From Thermoplasmata archaeon (GTDB lineage: Archaea > Thermoplasmatota > Thermoplasmata > RBG-16-68-12): DNA of 64,000 nt. A program made the translations under genes and the position numbers. The notes under the pieces were generated by a model. The model saw nothing but the letters and a program-made list of their open reading frames with translations, had not been told where the DNA came from and did no database searches. Position 1 is the stretch's first letter, and every line of letters starts with the position of its first letter. Positions 9,499 through 19,569 of this stretch are shown here, one piece after another. The stretch spans positions 344 through 64,343 of the forward strand of contig DATESQ010000018.1 in assembly GCA_035283985.1 (NCBI GenBank). Reading direction: 5' to 3'.

Positions 9499-11031
9499 AT
9501 GCCGGGCGAACGACGCGCGATTCTGAGCGTGTCGGACAAGCGCGGCATCGTCGATTTTGCGAAAGGGTTGGTCGCGCTCGGCTACGAGCTCCTCGCGACG
9601 GATGGGACCGCCAAGATCCTCCGCGCGGAGCGCGTGCCCGTCCGGAACGTCGCGGACTACACGGGCCATCCGGAGGTCCTGGGCGGGCGGGTGAAGACCC
9701 TCCATCCGAAGATCTTCGCGGCGATTCTTGCCCCGGAGGGGAGAACGGACGAGCTCCGGAAGGATGGGGTGGAGCCCATGGACCTCGTCGTCGCGAACCT
9801 CTATCCGTTCGAGGAGACGATTGCGAAGCCGGGCGTGAGCCATGCCGATGCGATCGAGAACATCGATATCGGGGGCGTCGCCCTCATTCGTGCCGCCGCG
9901 AAGAATGCGAACCGCGTAACGGTCGTCGTCAAAACATCGCGGTACCCCGAAGTGCTCGAAGCGCTCCGGCGTGGCGGCGTCCCCGCCCCGCTGCGGGAGG
10001 ACCTCGCCCTCGAGGCGTTCGAGTACACGAGCGGGTACGATGCGGCGATCTACAATTACCTCGCCCGCCGAAAGGGTGGGCTCTTTCCACCGGCCCTGCG
10101 CCTCGCGATGCCGAAAATCGCGGACCTCCGTTATGGGGAAAATCCGCACCAGAAGGCCGCGGTGTACCGTGAGTCCGTCCCGCATGCCTCCGTCGGGAAC
10201 GGGGAGAAGCTCAACGGCCGCGAGATGTCGTACAACAACTTCCTCGACCTCGACGCCGCGCTCCGCATCGCGATGGAGTTCGAACGACCGGCGGCCGCGG
10301 TCGTGAAGCATACGAACCCTTCCGGCGTCGCGATCGCCGAGGTGCTCGCGGACGCGTACCAGACCGCGCAAGCTGCGGACCCGATCTCCGCGTACGGCGG
10401 CGTCGTCGGCGTGAATCGCACGATTGATGTCGCGATGGCCCGCGCGATGAAACCGCATGTCCTCGATGCTGTGATCGCACCGGGATACGAGCCCGCGGCG
10501 CTGGAGATCCTGAAACAGAAGAAGAAGGGGTCCCTCCTCATCGTTCAGACCCGCGGCGAGTTCCGGAGAGACCATGGACTCGACATGGTGCGGGTCCTTG
10601 GCGGCCTCCTAGTGCAGACGACGGACTATCCCGAACTCCGGCCCGCCTCTCTGAAGGTCGTCACGAAGAAGGCCCCGACTCTCGAGCAGGTGCGCGACCT
10701 TTTGTTCGCGACGAAAGTGTCGCGGTTCGTGAAGTCGAATTCGATCGTCCTCGCGGAGGGCGAGCGGACCGTCGGCATCGGGGCGGGCCAGATGAGCCGC
10801 GTCGACGCGTGCATGCTCGCGTGCTATAAGGCGAAGGACGCCGCGCGGGGCAGCGTAGCGGTGAGTGACGCTTACTTCCCGTTCCGCGACGGGATCGACG
10901 AGCTCGCGAACGGGGGCATTGCCTCGATCGCGCAACCCGGCGGCTCGATCCGCGACGCAGAGATCATCGCAGCCGCGGACGAGCACGGCATCGCAATGGT
11001 CTTTACGGGGCTGCGGTTGTTCAAGCACTGA
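9499..11031 (+). CDS. purH: Bifunctional AICAR formyltransferase/IMP cyclohydrolase
   Basis: [36 protein letters not shown]-terminal R.FKH. Confidence 0.97.
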   Translation: MPGERRAILSVSDKRGIVDFAKGLVALGYELLATDGTAKILRAERVPVRNVADYTGHPEVLGGRVKTLHPKIFAAILAPEGRTDELRKDGVEPMDLVVANLYPFEETIAKPGVSHADAIENIDIGGVALIRAAAKNANRVTVVVKTSRYPEVLEALRRGGVPAPLREDLALEAFEYTSGYDAAIYNYLARRKGGLFPPALRLAMPKIADLRYGENPHQKAAVYRESVPHASVGNGEKLNGREMSYNNFLDLDAALRIAMEFERPAAAVVKHTNPSGVAIAEVLADAYQTAQAADPISAYGGVVGVNRTIDVAMARAMKPHVLDAVIAPGYEPAALEILKQKKKGSLLIVQTRGEFRRDHGLDMVRVLGGLLVQTTDYPELRPASLKVVTKKAPTLEQVRDLLFATKVSRFVKSNSIVLAEGERTVGIGAGQMSRVDACMLACYKAKDAARGSVAVSDAYFPFRDGIDELANGGIASIAQPGGSIRDAEIIAAADEHGIAMVFTGLRLFKH

Positions 11032-11039
11032 GGGGGACG

Positions 11040-11681
11040 ATGGCTCGAATCAACGTCGGTGTCCTCGCCTCGGGGCGGGGGACGGACTTCCAGAGCCTGC
11101 TCGACGCGCTGGACCGCGGCGAGCTTGACGTGCACATCGCCGTCCTTGTGTGCAACGTACCCGGCGCGCCCGTTATCGAGCGGGCGAAGCGCCATGGCGT
11201 TCCGCACGCGGTCGTCGACCACAAACCGTTCGGGACGGACCGCGCTGCGTTCGAACGTGGGATCCTCAAGATCTTGCGACAACATCGCGTGGACCTCGTT
11301 GTCTTCGCAGGCTTCATGCGCCTCGTCTCGCCCTACTTCATCGGGGAGTTCAGGAATCGAATCATCAACATCCACCCGAGCCTCCTCCCGTCGTTCCCGG
11401 GGGCGCACGCGCAGGAGGACGCGATCAAGGCGGGCGCGAAAGTGAGCGGCTGCACGATCCATTTCGTCGACGAAAGCGTCGATGGAGGCCCCATCATCCT
11501 CCAGAAGGCGGTGCCCGTCCTCGACGACGACACCCCGGAGACGCTCGCTGGGAGGATCCTCGAGCAGGAACACAGCTTTCTTCCACTCGCAGTCCGGCTT
11601 TTCGCAGAGAGACGGCTCGCGATCGAGGGCCGACGCGTCCGCATTAATCGAGACGGGATCGAACTCCCTCCGATGGCGTGA
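11040..11681 (+). CDS. purN: Phosphoribosylglycinamide formyltransferase
   Basis: [30 protein letters not shown]...VDGGPII. Confidence 0.97.
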   Translation: MARINVGVLASGRGTDFQSLLDALDRGELDVHIAVLVCNVPGAPVIERAKRHGVPHAVVDHKPFGTDRAAFERGILKILRQHRVDLVVFAGFMRLVSPYFIGEFRNRIINIHPSLLPSFPGAHAQEDAIKAGAKVSGCTIHFVDESVDGGPIILQKAVPVLDDDTPETLAGRILEQEHSFLPLAVRLFAERRLAIEGRRVRINRDGIELPPMA

Positions 11682-11734
11682 GGCGAAGGCTCAGAGGACT
11701 GAGTCGAGAGAGTTCTCGCCGCTGAAAACAGGCG

Positions 11735-11769
11735 AATAAAATAGGCCGTTCGGGGTTCCCGAACGGCCT
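11735..11769 (-). terminator. Perfect 12-bp hairpin followed by a U-rich tract on the minus strand
   Basis: AGGCCGTTCGGG-AAC-CCCGAACGGCCT then ATTTTATT. Confidence 0.55.
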
Positions 11770-12170
11770 CGTTGTGGAGGGATGCTTTTAGCGAATGCGG
11801 GCAGCACTTCGACATATAAAAAAGCTCCTCTGGAACCTCCACTCGAGGTGGAACGTGCGTTTTTTCACATGCCCTTTGTAAAGGAGGAAGCCGTTCGAGA
11901 AACCCGCGGAACGATCTCGCTGCAGCGGGATGCTTGTCCTGCCTGGCGAGGACAAGCACTATCTCAGACGCGCAAGGGGAGGACCGGGCTCGGTATCGTG
12001 TAATTGCAAGGTTCAGAGGATCAGGGGTCCCCTATTCACACCCCCGACTTATCTCGGATTCGATCCGGGGTCCGTCGGCCTCTACCCTGAGCGCGCAAAC
12101 CTTATCCATTCCGCACGATTCGAGGCGACGAGGCGATCCCATGAAGGGCGTTGGGAAGTTCGGCGAGGTC

Positions 12171-12638
12171 ATGGCGAGCGACAAGGGCCCGGCTGACTAC
12201 GGGACGGCCACGGAAAAGCTCATCCGCATAATCCACAGCGGGAGCCGGCCGCAGGCGATTCTGGACTTCGTCGTCCGCGAGCTCCGGAAGTTCCCGCACT
12301 ACAATTGGGTCGGCGTCTACCTCGTCGAGGGTGACGAGCTTGTCTTGGCGGGGTGGAGCGGCCCCGCCGCGACGCAGCACACGCGCATCCCGCTGGGTGA
12401 AGGCATTTGCGGCCGCGCCGCACAGACCCGCGAGACCGTCGTGGTGGGCGACGTGTCAACGGAGCCGCGATACCTCGAGTGCTTCCCGAATACGCGCTCG
12501 GAAATCGTCGTGCCAATCCTGCGGGATGGCCTGGCACTCGGAGAACTCGACATCGACTCCGACGCGCTCGACGCGTTCGGCGGGCAGGACCGTGCGTTCC
12601 TCGAGCGGATCGCCTCCGAGATCGCGAAGGTTCTGTGA
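12171..12638 (+). CDS. GAF-domain protein, free methionine-(R)-sulfoxide reductase-like
   Basis: NWVGVY, G.GICG.AA, YLEC, SEIVVP, GELDIDS; alternative start 12141. Confidence 0.85.
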   Translation: MASDKGPADYGTATEKLIRIIHSGSRPQAILDFVVRELRKFPHYNWVGVYLVEGDELVLAGWSGPAATQHTRIPLGEGICGRAAQTRETVVVGDVSTEPRYLECFPNTRSEIVVPILRDGLALGELDIDSDALDAFGGQDRAFLERIASEIAKVL

Positions 12639-12755
12639 CGCATCAGGGCCCTCAACCGCCGACCAACAAGCCCCTTATGTGGGCCCGTTGGTTCGACCCT
12701 CTCGGAGATGTGAGATGAAGACCATCGCGCTCCTCGCGCCGAGGCCCCCTTCCAC

Positions 12756-13301
12756 TCATAGCCGGAACTCCCCCCACACCCGGACGAACGTATCGACCTG
12801 GTCGGGAGTCGCAAGTAGATAAGTGACCATCAACCGTGCAGTCTCTCGGCCGTCCGCGACGCGGTATCCCCGCTCCTCGTCCCGCGCGACGATCCCCGCG
12901 CCGACGAGCTTCTTGAGGTGATGCGTCAGAGTCGACGCGGATACGGGGACTTTCTCGAGAATCTCCCTGTGCAGAGCGGATTCCCGCTCCATGAGGTAGG
13001 ACATCACGAGGAGCGGTACCCGCTGCCGGAGGAATCCGAGGATCCCCTTCTCACGGTCTGTGAGCGCCGGGCGGGCGCCCGGGTCGCCGACGGGGTACCG
13101 CGGGTAGAACCGCTTGTACTCGCCATCCATCGCGGACGTGGCGAGGTCGTGTTTCTCGAGGAACCGCAGGTGGTAGTCCGCGAGCGTAATCGAGAGGTTC
13201 GTCGCGCGCGCGATCTCGCGGAGGTGATAGCCCGGGTTCGAGCGGACGAAGTCATAGAGCGCCTTCCGTGCCCGCACCGCGAGGATCTCGTCGTCCGCCA
13301 T
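12756..13301 (-). CDS. Double winged-helix (ArsR/MarR-like) regulator
   Basis: NPGYHLREIAR...DYHLRFLE; second HTH STLTHHLKKL. Confidence 0.85.
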   Translation of the reverse strand: MADDEILAVRARKALYDFVRSNPGYHLREIARATNLSITLADYHLRFLEKHDLATSAMDGEYKRFYPRYPVGDPGARPALTDREKGILGFLRQRVPLLVMSYLMERESALHREILEKVPVSASTLTHHLKKLVGAGIVARDEERGYRVADGRETARLMVTYLLATPDQVDTFVRVWGEFRL

Positions 13302-13319
13302 GGCCGTCGCGATCCCGCG

Positions 13320-13583
13320 TCAACGGCGCAACGTCGCCCCGTAGAACAAGCCGAGGATGACAATGTCGAACGCGCCCGTAACGATAAACAGCGTCGCGAT
13401 GTCCCGTTGGCCGACGAGGAGGAACGCCGTGAGCGCGACGCCCTTCGCGAGGAAGAGCGCGAATGCCGCGGTCAATAGAAGGAGCGCACGGTCCCGGGTT
13501 CGCCGGTACGCGAGGGATCCAATGACCGCGAGGGCGAAGGCGAGGACACTCAGCCCGGCTGCGATGATATTCTCAACCACCAT
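13320..13583 (-). CDS. Small 3-TM membrane protein paired with the wHTH regulator
   Basis: Hydrophobic 87 aa with AYRRT.DR.LL motif; 18 bp from the regulator. Confidence 0.75.
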   Translation of the reverse strand: MVVENIIAAGLSVLAFALAVIGSLAYRRTRDRALLLLTAAFALFLAKGVALTAFLLVGQRDIATLFIVTGAFDIVILGLFYGATLRR

Positions 13584-13633
13584 GTGGAAAACCTCGGGCC
13601 GCCACCGGAGGGACCCAGTTTAAAAGTTCGCTA

Positions 13634-14707
13634 CTAGTTTTCACGACGCCGCCGTCGGCTCAGGACGACGGTCGCGGCGACGAGTCCCGCGATCGCGGCG
13701 ACGCCGAGCGCGTAGAGGACCGGGTTCCAAGAGAGGGGCGGCGGCTGGTTCGCGCGGTTCACGAGGGTCCAGAACGCGGCGGATTCGACGCCCATCTTCG
13801 AATCGTGGTCGATCACTTGACCGCGCCCGTAGACCAGGAAGAATTCGCTGCCGCCCTCGCTCGGGGCGAGGCTCGTCGTTCTAACAGCGGCGATTCGACC
13901 GTCGACGATCGCGGTATTCGACCACGAGAAGAAAATCGATCCGAGTTCGCCGCTCACGCTGAGCTGCGACTCATCTGTTGCCCAGTCACGGATCTCGTCG
14001 AGGGATTGCTCCTCGATCTGTGTGTTCTGTGCTTCCGTGGCAACCTCGATTTTCAGAGCGAGTTCCGAGTTGGGCGCGTCGTACATCCATCCGCGGATCG
14101 AGAGATCCACTTTGATTTCCATCGGACTTACGAGGATCTGCCCGGTCCGGACGAAGCGCGAGGAGGCGGTGACAGTGAGTGTGAGGTTCCGCGACGTCGG
14201 AACCTCCGGGACCGGGTAGGCCGTGAACCGGAACTGGCGCCCGCCATCGACAGTCGTCGTGTTCACGGTGGTCACGGCCCAGTACTCGTTCGTGAGGTCC
14301 CATTCTTGGACGATATCGCCTCCACCGATGTCCCCGCCATCGTAAATGACCTCGACGAGGCGCTTCAATGTCAGCTCGTAGAGGATCCCGTCTTCCCGGT
14401 CGGCCCTGGGACGATACTCAACGGCGAAGGTGCCCCGCTCGAAGAGGAGACTGAACTCGTCGTCATGCCCATCGGGGGCCGCGCCCACCGAGATCGACTG
14501 GACCCGGAACCGACCCTCTGGAATGCCGAGCCCATTGAGGTTCCGCGCGGTCGCGGCTTCGACTGCATCCGAGATCCCGTCGCCGTCGGAGTCAGCGCCG
14601 TCGGCAAGTGCCGCGAAACTCGCAAGCGTAAACGCGCCCGTCGCGAGGAGGGCGAAAAGCATCGCGGCCCTTCGGACCTGCACGTTCCTTGGCTCCGGGA
14701 GTTCCAT
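13634..14707 (-). CDS. Secreted/surface protein with Ca-binding DSDGDG motif and C-terminal anchor
   Basis: Signal peptide; DSDGDGISDAVE; C-terminal TM plus RRRRR. Confidence 0.75.
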   Translation of the reverse strand: MELPEPRNVQVRRAAMLFALLATGAFTLASFAALADGADSDGDGISDAVEAATARNLNGLGIPEGRFRVQSISVGAAPDGHDDEFSLLFERGTFAVEYRPRADREDGILYELTLKRLVEVIYDGGDIGGGDIVQEWDLTNEYWAVTTVNTTTVDGGRQFRFTAYPVPEVPTSRNLTLTVTASSRFVRTGQILVSPMEIKVDLSIRGWMYDAPNSELALKIEVATEAQNTQIEEQSLDEIRDWATDESQLSVSGELGSIFFSWSNTAIVDGRIAAVRTTSLAPSEGGSEFFLVYGRGQVIDHDSKMGVESAAFWTLVNRANQPPPLSWNPVLYALGVAAIAGLVAATVVLSRRRRREN

Positions 14708-14837
14708 CCAGCCGTCCTTATAAAGAGGTTATTCTACGGCCCTCGAATCGGTCATTCCCCGCCATGATTATCAATCGATGCCATTGACGAGCGTTCAAGA
14801 ACCTTCTTAGACGCCCAGGGAAACGGCGGCCCATCCG

Positions 14838-15695
14838 GTGGACGGCATGGACGAGAACCGTGCGATGGGACTGTTGGCCTTCGTGGCGATCATCCTCGCG
14901 GTCGTCGCACTCATCATTGCGTTGATGGGGCGGGCGACGAACCAGTCACCTGTGGCGATTGCCGGCGAGGACATCGCGGGCGTGGCGGGCGAACCCGTTC
15001 CGTTCCGTGGGATCGCAGGGGACGGCGACGGGACCGTCGTCCGGTACGAGTGGGACTTCGAGGGCGACGGCGTGTTTGACTATTCGAGCCCGACGACCGG
15101 GTATGTTGACCACGTCTACCCGCCGAACCCGACGCTCGTGGGACAGACCGTGAACATCACGGCCGTGCTCCGGGTCACGGACAATGCTGGCGCCGCGGAT
15201 ACGGACACGCGCGTCGCGGCGCTCCGGTACGAGCCGCCCCGCCTGACCGCTCAGGTGACCCGCCAGGGCGCCTACTGGCTCGTGACCCTGACCGGGGCCT
15301 CGAACACGATCCGCGTGAACGAAGCGAGGTTCGTCGTGAAGACCCCGCTGGGCGCGGTCCTGTTCGCATCCTCCGTCAACGATGCGGGTACACTCCGGGA
15401 CGATCGGGACATCGACGGGCAGTTCGACATATGGGCGATGCCTTCGGGAGCGGGCGCGATCACAAACGGCACGGGTGCGGCGTGGACCTGGGCAAACCTC
15501 TTCGACACCCGGAACGCGCGGTTCGTGTATGCTGACGAATCGTTCAACCGCGACGTAGACGAGCCGGACCTCGTCGCGATCTACGCGGACCCGAACGACG
15601 ATGGCACGCAGGACGTGATGACCGGGTTCTTCTTCGAGATCTGGGACACGCCGAACGGAAACGCAATCCTCCTGCGCGTTGCCCTCGCCGGGTGA
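14838..15695 (+). CDS. Membrane-anchored PKD-domain protein
   Basis: N-terminal TM; N.SPVA.AG, YEWDFEGDG, LRVTDN.G. Confidence 0.8.
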   Translation: MDGMDENRAMGLLAFVAIILAVVALIIALMGRATNQSPVAIAGEDIAGVAGEPVPFRGIAGDGDGTVVRYEWDFEGDGVFDYSSPTTGYVDHVYPPNPTLVGQTVNITAVLRVTDNAGAADTDTRVAALRYEPPRLTAQVTRQGAYWLVTLTGASNTIRVNEARFVVKTPLGAVLFASSVNDAGTLRDDRDIDGQFDIWAMPSGAGAITNGTGAAWTWANLFDTRNARFVYADESFNRDVDEPDLVAIYADPNDDGTQDVMTGFFFEIWDTPNGNAILLRVALAG

Positions 15696-15783
15696 TGGGC
15701 GGAAGGACGCGCAGTTCCCTTAGGTGGCGGAGGTAGCCCGGGCTGACCCACGGGACCCATCGCGAAAAATGAGCGCAGCGTGC

Positions 15784-16005
15784 CTACTCGTGGACGACCT
15801 CACCGAACGCGACGCGTCGAAGCACCTTGGTCACCCGGAACTTGACCTGGTCGCCGACCTTCGTGCCCGGGACGAAGACCACGAAGTTCTCGACCCGACA
15901 CATGCCGTCCCCTTCACGACCCATGTCCTCGATCTTCGCCTCGTACACCTTCCCCTCCTCGACGGGAGCGGTCGACGGACGAGGGCTTTGGCCGAATTGA
16001 GACAT
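15784..16005 (-). CDS. Single TRAM-domain RNA-binding protein
   Basis: PVEEG.VY...IE..G.EGDG..RVENFVVFVPG. Confidence 0.9.
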   Translation of the reverse strand: MSQFGQSPRPSTAPVEEGKVYEAKIEDMGREGDGMCRVENFVVFVPGTKVGDQVKFRVTKVLRRVAFGEVVHE

Positions 16006-16162
16006 TCCAGACCTCCCGCCCCCCCATAGGGCGCGACCGTTCGTATCTGGAGGACGCTATATAATGGTATGGTCTGACACGGCCCAAGAACAGGGCTTGA
16101 ATGCGTCGGGTGGAGCCCGTTTTCTAGGAGGAATTGACCGTGCAAACGAGCGGAAGACGGGC

Positions 16163-16570
16163 CTAGGTGTCCCGCGGCGATCCGACGTCGTAGTCTTCCT
16201 CGATTCCTTTCGGACCGAAGCGCATCGAAAGGATCAGCAGCACAATCCCGACGACGAGGACGACGAGGCCGATCGCGGCGACGTATCGGTTCAACCACCC
16301 GAACGCTTCGTACGCCGAACCGCCAATCGGAATTCGAAGGATGTCGTGGAGGAACGAGCCGAACGCGATGGCGGGGCCGCCGGCGAGGACGAGCGCGACG
16401 CCGATGTAGAACAGGATCCGCCCACGGCGGAACGGCTTGTCGGGAGGTCCGCCCGCCTCCTCCTCCTGAAGCATGGAGGCGTCGAAGATCTCTCCGCACT
16501 TCGGACACTCGCGGGCGTCCTCCTCGACGGGAGATCCGCAGCTCGGGCACTCGTACGTCTCACCGGACAT
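16163..16570 (-). CDS. Zinc-ribbon membrane protein
   Basis: CPSCG...CPKCG followed by two TM segments. Confidence 0.75.
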   Translation of the reverse strand: MSGETYECPSCGSPVEEDARECPKCGEIFDASMLQEEEAGGPPDKPFRRGRILFYIGVALVLAGGPAIAFGSFLHDILRIPIGGSAYEAFGWLNRYVAAIGLVVLVVGIVLLILSMRFGPKGIEEDYDVGSPRDT

Positions 16571-16676
16571 CAGGCGACCGCTCCTTTCGATGCAGGGGAT
16601 GGACTATAATCGTTTCTCCAACTAATTCGGAAGTGATAATGAGTCCTCCCGTGAGGGGGGGCAGGACCGAATCGCA

Positions 16677-16970
16677 TCAGGCGGTCGCGGTTTTCGGCCG
16701 CGGCATCCACGGCCATGCGACGGGGCCGGACACGTTCCGCCATTCCGCAGGCATCGGGTTGCCTTCGCTGTCGCGGCGGTAGTAATCCGCGACCTTCTCG
16801 AACTTCAGATCCTTGCCCGAGGCCTCGACGACGAGCGCGTTCCGAACGTTCGCCGCCGCGAATGCGGCGACCTCGTCGTCGAACACCGCTGCGTACGGGG
16901 TCTGGGCCTGCCACCAAAGAACGAGAAAGAGGGAGCGTTCCGGCTTCGACAGTTTTCTCCGTTGTTTCAT
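16677..16970 (-). CDS. Hypothetical protein
   Basis: 97-aa ORF filling the gap with plausible composition; no recognised motif. Confidence 0.55.
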   Translation of the reverse strand: MKQRRKLSKPERSLFLVLWWQAQTPYAAVFDDEVAAFAAANVRNALVVEASGKDLKFEKVADYYRRDSEGNPMPAEWRNVSGPVAWPWMPRPKTATA

Positions 16971-17238
16971 CGCGGATTCGTGCTCCGCCCCGGGTTCGGG
17001 GCCGGCTACCGAAATGGATTTGAACCTGAGCATAAGGCCTTTCGTTGTCAATTATCAGCGTTGGGACCTAACAATTCCGTTCCTGCGATAGGCCCTTGTG
17101 GCGCGTCGGCCCCGCCGAATCTTCCGCGGACTTCGACAGGCGACCCATCCCGAACGGACGGTTGGAAATGCCGCGGTTGCCGTTCGGAAAAGCAATGGGT
17201 TCAAAAACCCCGACTGTTTCACCTTTGGTGGTATACCC

Positions 17239-17670
17239 ATGTCACGCGAGGTCGATTATGAGCCGAAGCCCATCGATCCGGACTTCCTCCAGAAGCCGGA
17301 CGAGTACCCGCAAACGGGCGAGCACAACAGTCACAAGGTCTTCGCGGAGGGTAGCCAGCGGCAGGACCTGAACGGAAAGCCGTATCCGACGATGTTCGGG
17401 ATCCACGGCAGCCACGTCGCGGTGGACTTCGAGGGGTGTGTCGCGGACGGGGTGTGCATGGACGTCTGCCCAGTCGACGTGTTCGAGTGGCAACTGGCCC
17501 CGGGTCAGAAGGGGACCGGGACAGATAAGGTCCTCGAGAAGGGCTCGGACGAATGGAACCAGTGGCGGTCGGACAAGTCGGAGCCGATCCGGGAGAGCGA
17601 CTGCATCGACTGCATGGCCTGCGAGTCGGCGTGCCCGACGAAGGCCATCAAGATTTCACCGGGCGCATAA
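17239..17670 (+). CDS. zfx: Zinc-containing ferredoxin (Thermoplasma/Sulfolobus type)
   Basis: N-terminal H..H and GIHG Zn-site extension; CVADGVCMDVCP and CIDCMACESACP. Confidence 0.9.
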   Translation: MSREVDYEPKPIDPDFLQKPDEYPQTGEHNSHKVFAEGSQRQDLNGKPYPTMFGIHGSHVAVDFEGCVADGVCMDVCPVDVFEWQLAPGQKGTGTDKVLEKGSDEWNQWRSDKSEPIRESDCIDCMACESACPTKAIKISPGA

Positions 17671-17764
17671 GGCGGCCGGCAGTCCCACCTCGTCAGCCGC
17701 GCACGTGCGACCAGCGAAGCTATAAGTCCCGCCACGGTCCTAGCGACCGCCCCAGGGGGATCCT

Positions 17765-18541
17765 ATGCCAGCCGCACGCGCAATCTGGAGCGGGAGCATT
17801 TCGTTCGGCCTCGTGAACATCCCAGTGAAGCTATACACGGCGAACGAGACGAAGGACATCTCGTTCACGACCCTCCACACGGCCTGCAAGACGCCTCTAA
17901 AGCGGCCGTACATGTGCCCCGTGGACAACGTCCCCGTCGAGCCGAAGGAGATGGTTAAGGGGTACCAGGTCGGGAAGGGCTCGTTCGTAATCCTCACGGA
18001 CGACGAGGTCGAGAGCGTCCGCGCGGAGTCAAGCGACCTCATCAACGTCGTCGGTTTCGTCGAGGCCCCCGAGATCGGCCCGCTGTTCTACGATTCAACG
18101 TATTACCTCGGCCCCCTTGAGACGAGCGTGAAGCCGTTCGAGCTATTCCGACAAGCGCTCCTCCAAACCGGCAAGGCCGCGATCGCGCAGGTCGTCCTCT
18201 GGAGGAAGGAGCGGCTCGTCGCGCTGCGGCCCGTCGACGGGGCCCTCGTGATGACGACCTTGTACTACGCGGATGAAGTGAAGTCACCGCCGGAAATCCC
18301 CGCCACGCGGCCCGTGAACATTACGGCCGAGGAGACGGAGCTCGCGATCAACCTTGTGACGGCGCTCTCTACGGACTTCGATCCGACGCGGTTCACGGAC
18401 GGCTACCGTGAGGCGCTCCTCAAGATGATCGAGGCGAAGATCGAGGGGAAAGCGATCGAGATCCCGCAGAGGCCGGTCGCCCCGACGACGCAGGACCTCA
18501 TGACGGCCCTGCGGGCGAGCGTCGCTGCGGCAAAGAAGTAG
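17765..18541 (+). CDS. ku: Non-homologous end-joining protein Ku
   Basis: RAIWSGSISFGLVNIPVKLY, VKGY, YYLGP, F.D.YR..L..+IEAK, DLMTALRAS. Confidence 0.95.
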   Translation: MPAARAIWSGSISFGLVNIPVKLYTANETKDISFTTLHTACKTPLKRPYMCPVDNVPVEPKEMVKGYQVGKGSFVILTDDEVESVRAESSDLINVVGFVEAPEIGPLFYDSTYYLGPLETSVKPFELFRQALLQTGKAAIAQVVLWRKERLVALRPVDGALVMTTLYYADEVKSPPEIPATRPVNITAEETELAINLVTALSTDFDPTRFTDGYREALLKMIEAKIEGKAIEIPQRPVAPTTQDLMTALRASVAAAKK

Positions 18542-18547
18542 GGCCCT

Positions 18548-19519
18548 ATGGCGGACCTCTTCGACCTGAAGATTAGGCCGATGCTCGCGACGGTCCAGCC
18601 GGAGCCATTTGATTCCGAAGACCACGTCTTCGAGCTGAAGTGGGACGGCACACGGGCCCTCGCGTTCCTCTCGCCGGACGGGAGGCTGAAGTTCCAGAAC
18701 CGGAGGCTGTACGACATTACGCACCGTTACCCCGACCTCGCAATCGACCTCCGCGGACGCAAGGCCATCCTCGACGGCGAGATTGTCATCATGGTCGACG
18801 GGAAGCCGAGCTTCATGGGCCTCCAGCACCGCGAGCACGCGTCGTCCGAGTTTACGATCCGACTCCGGGCGAAGGAGCTTCCCGCGACATACGTCGTCTT
18901 CGATGTCCTCTACCTCGACGGCAAGGACCTCACCTCGCTCCCCCTCATGGAACGGAAGGCGATCCTCCAAGACCTCGTCCATCCGACCGACCGTGTCGTC
19001 CTCTCCGACGTGATTGAGCGGGAGGGCCGCGCGTACTTCCGGGCCGTCCTCGAGCGCGGGCTCGAGGGAATTATCGCGAAGCGGAAGGCGAGCCGCTACG
19101 CGCTGGGACGCCGCACCCGGGACTGGCTAAAGATCAAGAAGCGGGAGACGATCGACGCGATCGTCTGTGGCCTCACGGAGGGGGAAGGCGTGCGGGAGGA
19201 CACGTTTGGATCCCTGATCCTCGGCGTGCACGACGGCGCGGCAATCCGATACATCGGGCGTGCGGGGACCGGATTCAGCGATGCGGTTCGACAGGAGATC
19301 TTCGGGATGGCCGTGCCCCTGCAGGACCAGCGCCCGTTCCCCGAGGAACCGAACATGACGGAGCCCGTGAAGATCTGGATGCGGCCCTCTCTCGTCGCGG
19401 AGGTCCACTACCTCGAGCTCACGAACGACGGCTTCCTCCGCGCGCCGTCGTTCCATCGGCTCCGACTCGACAAACGGCCCGAGGAGTGCGTCTTCCCACG
19501 GCATGCGTCAGACCTCTGA
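18548..19519 (+). CDS. ATP-dependent DNA ligase, LigD ligase-domain type
   Basis: ELKWDG, DGEIV, FDVL, EGIIAK...S.Y..G.R...WLKIK, LRAPSF..LR.DK; 6 bp after ku. Confidence 0.92.
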   Translation: MADLFDLKIRPMLATVQPEPFDSEDHVFELKWDGTRALAFLSPDGRLKFQNRRLYDITHRYPDLAIDLRGRKAILDGEIVIMVDGKPSFMGLQHREHASSEFTIRLRAKELPATYVVFDVLYLDGKDLTSLPLMERKAILQDLVHPTDRVVLSDVIEREGRAYFRAVLERGLEGIIAKRKASRYALGRRTRDWLKIKKRETIDAIVCGLTEGEGVREDTFGSLILGVHDGAAIRYIGRAGTGFSDAVRQEIFGMAVPLQDQRPFPEEPNMTEPVKIWMRPSLVAEVHYLELTNDGFLRAPSFHRLRLDKRPEECVFPRHASDL

Positions 19520-19569
19520 CCGCCACCCGCGAATCCTTTATCTGGGGTCCTCGCCTTGCGAAGGCTTCT

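Noticed and set aside
8362..11958. 12-mer CGAGGACAAGCA shared between 8362-8373 and 11947-11958
   Set aside because: A single 12-bp match is expected by chance in 64 kb
16594..16650. Fluoride-riboswitch-like pattern (GGGGATGGACT...TAATGAGTCCT)
   Set aside because: The P1 loop is too long, no plus-strand gene follows, and the region overlaps the likely promoter of the minus-strand gene at 16570
17005..17035. GGTTCAAATCC T-loop-like motif on the minus strand
   Set aside because: Only 2 bp of T-stem and no cloverleaf; not a tRNA
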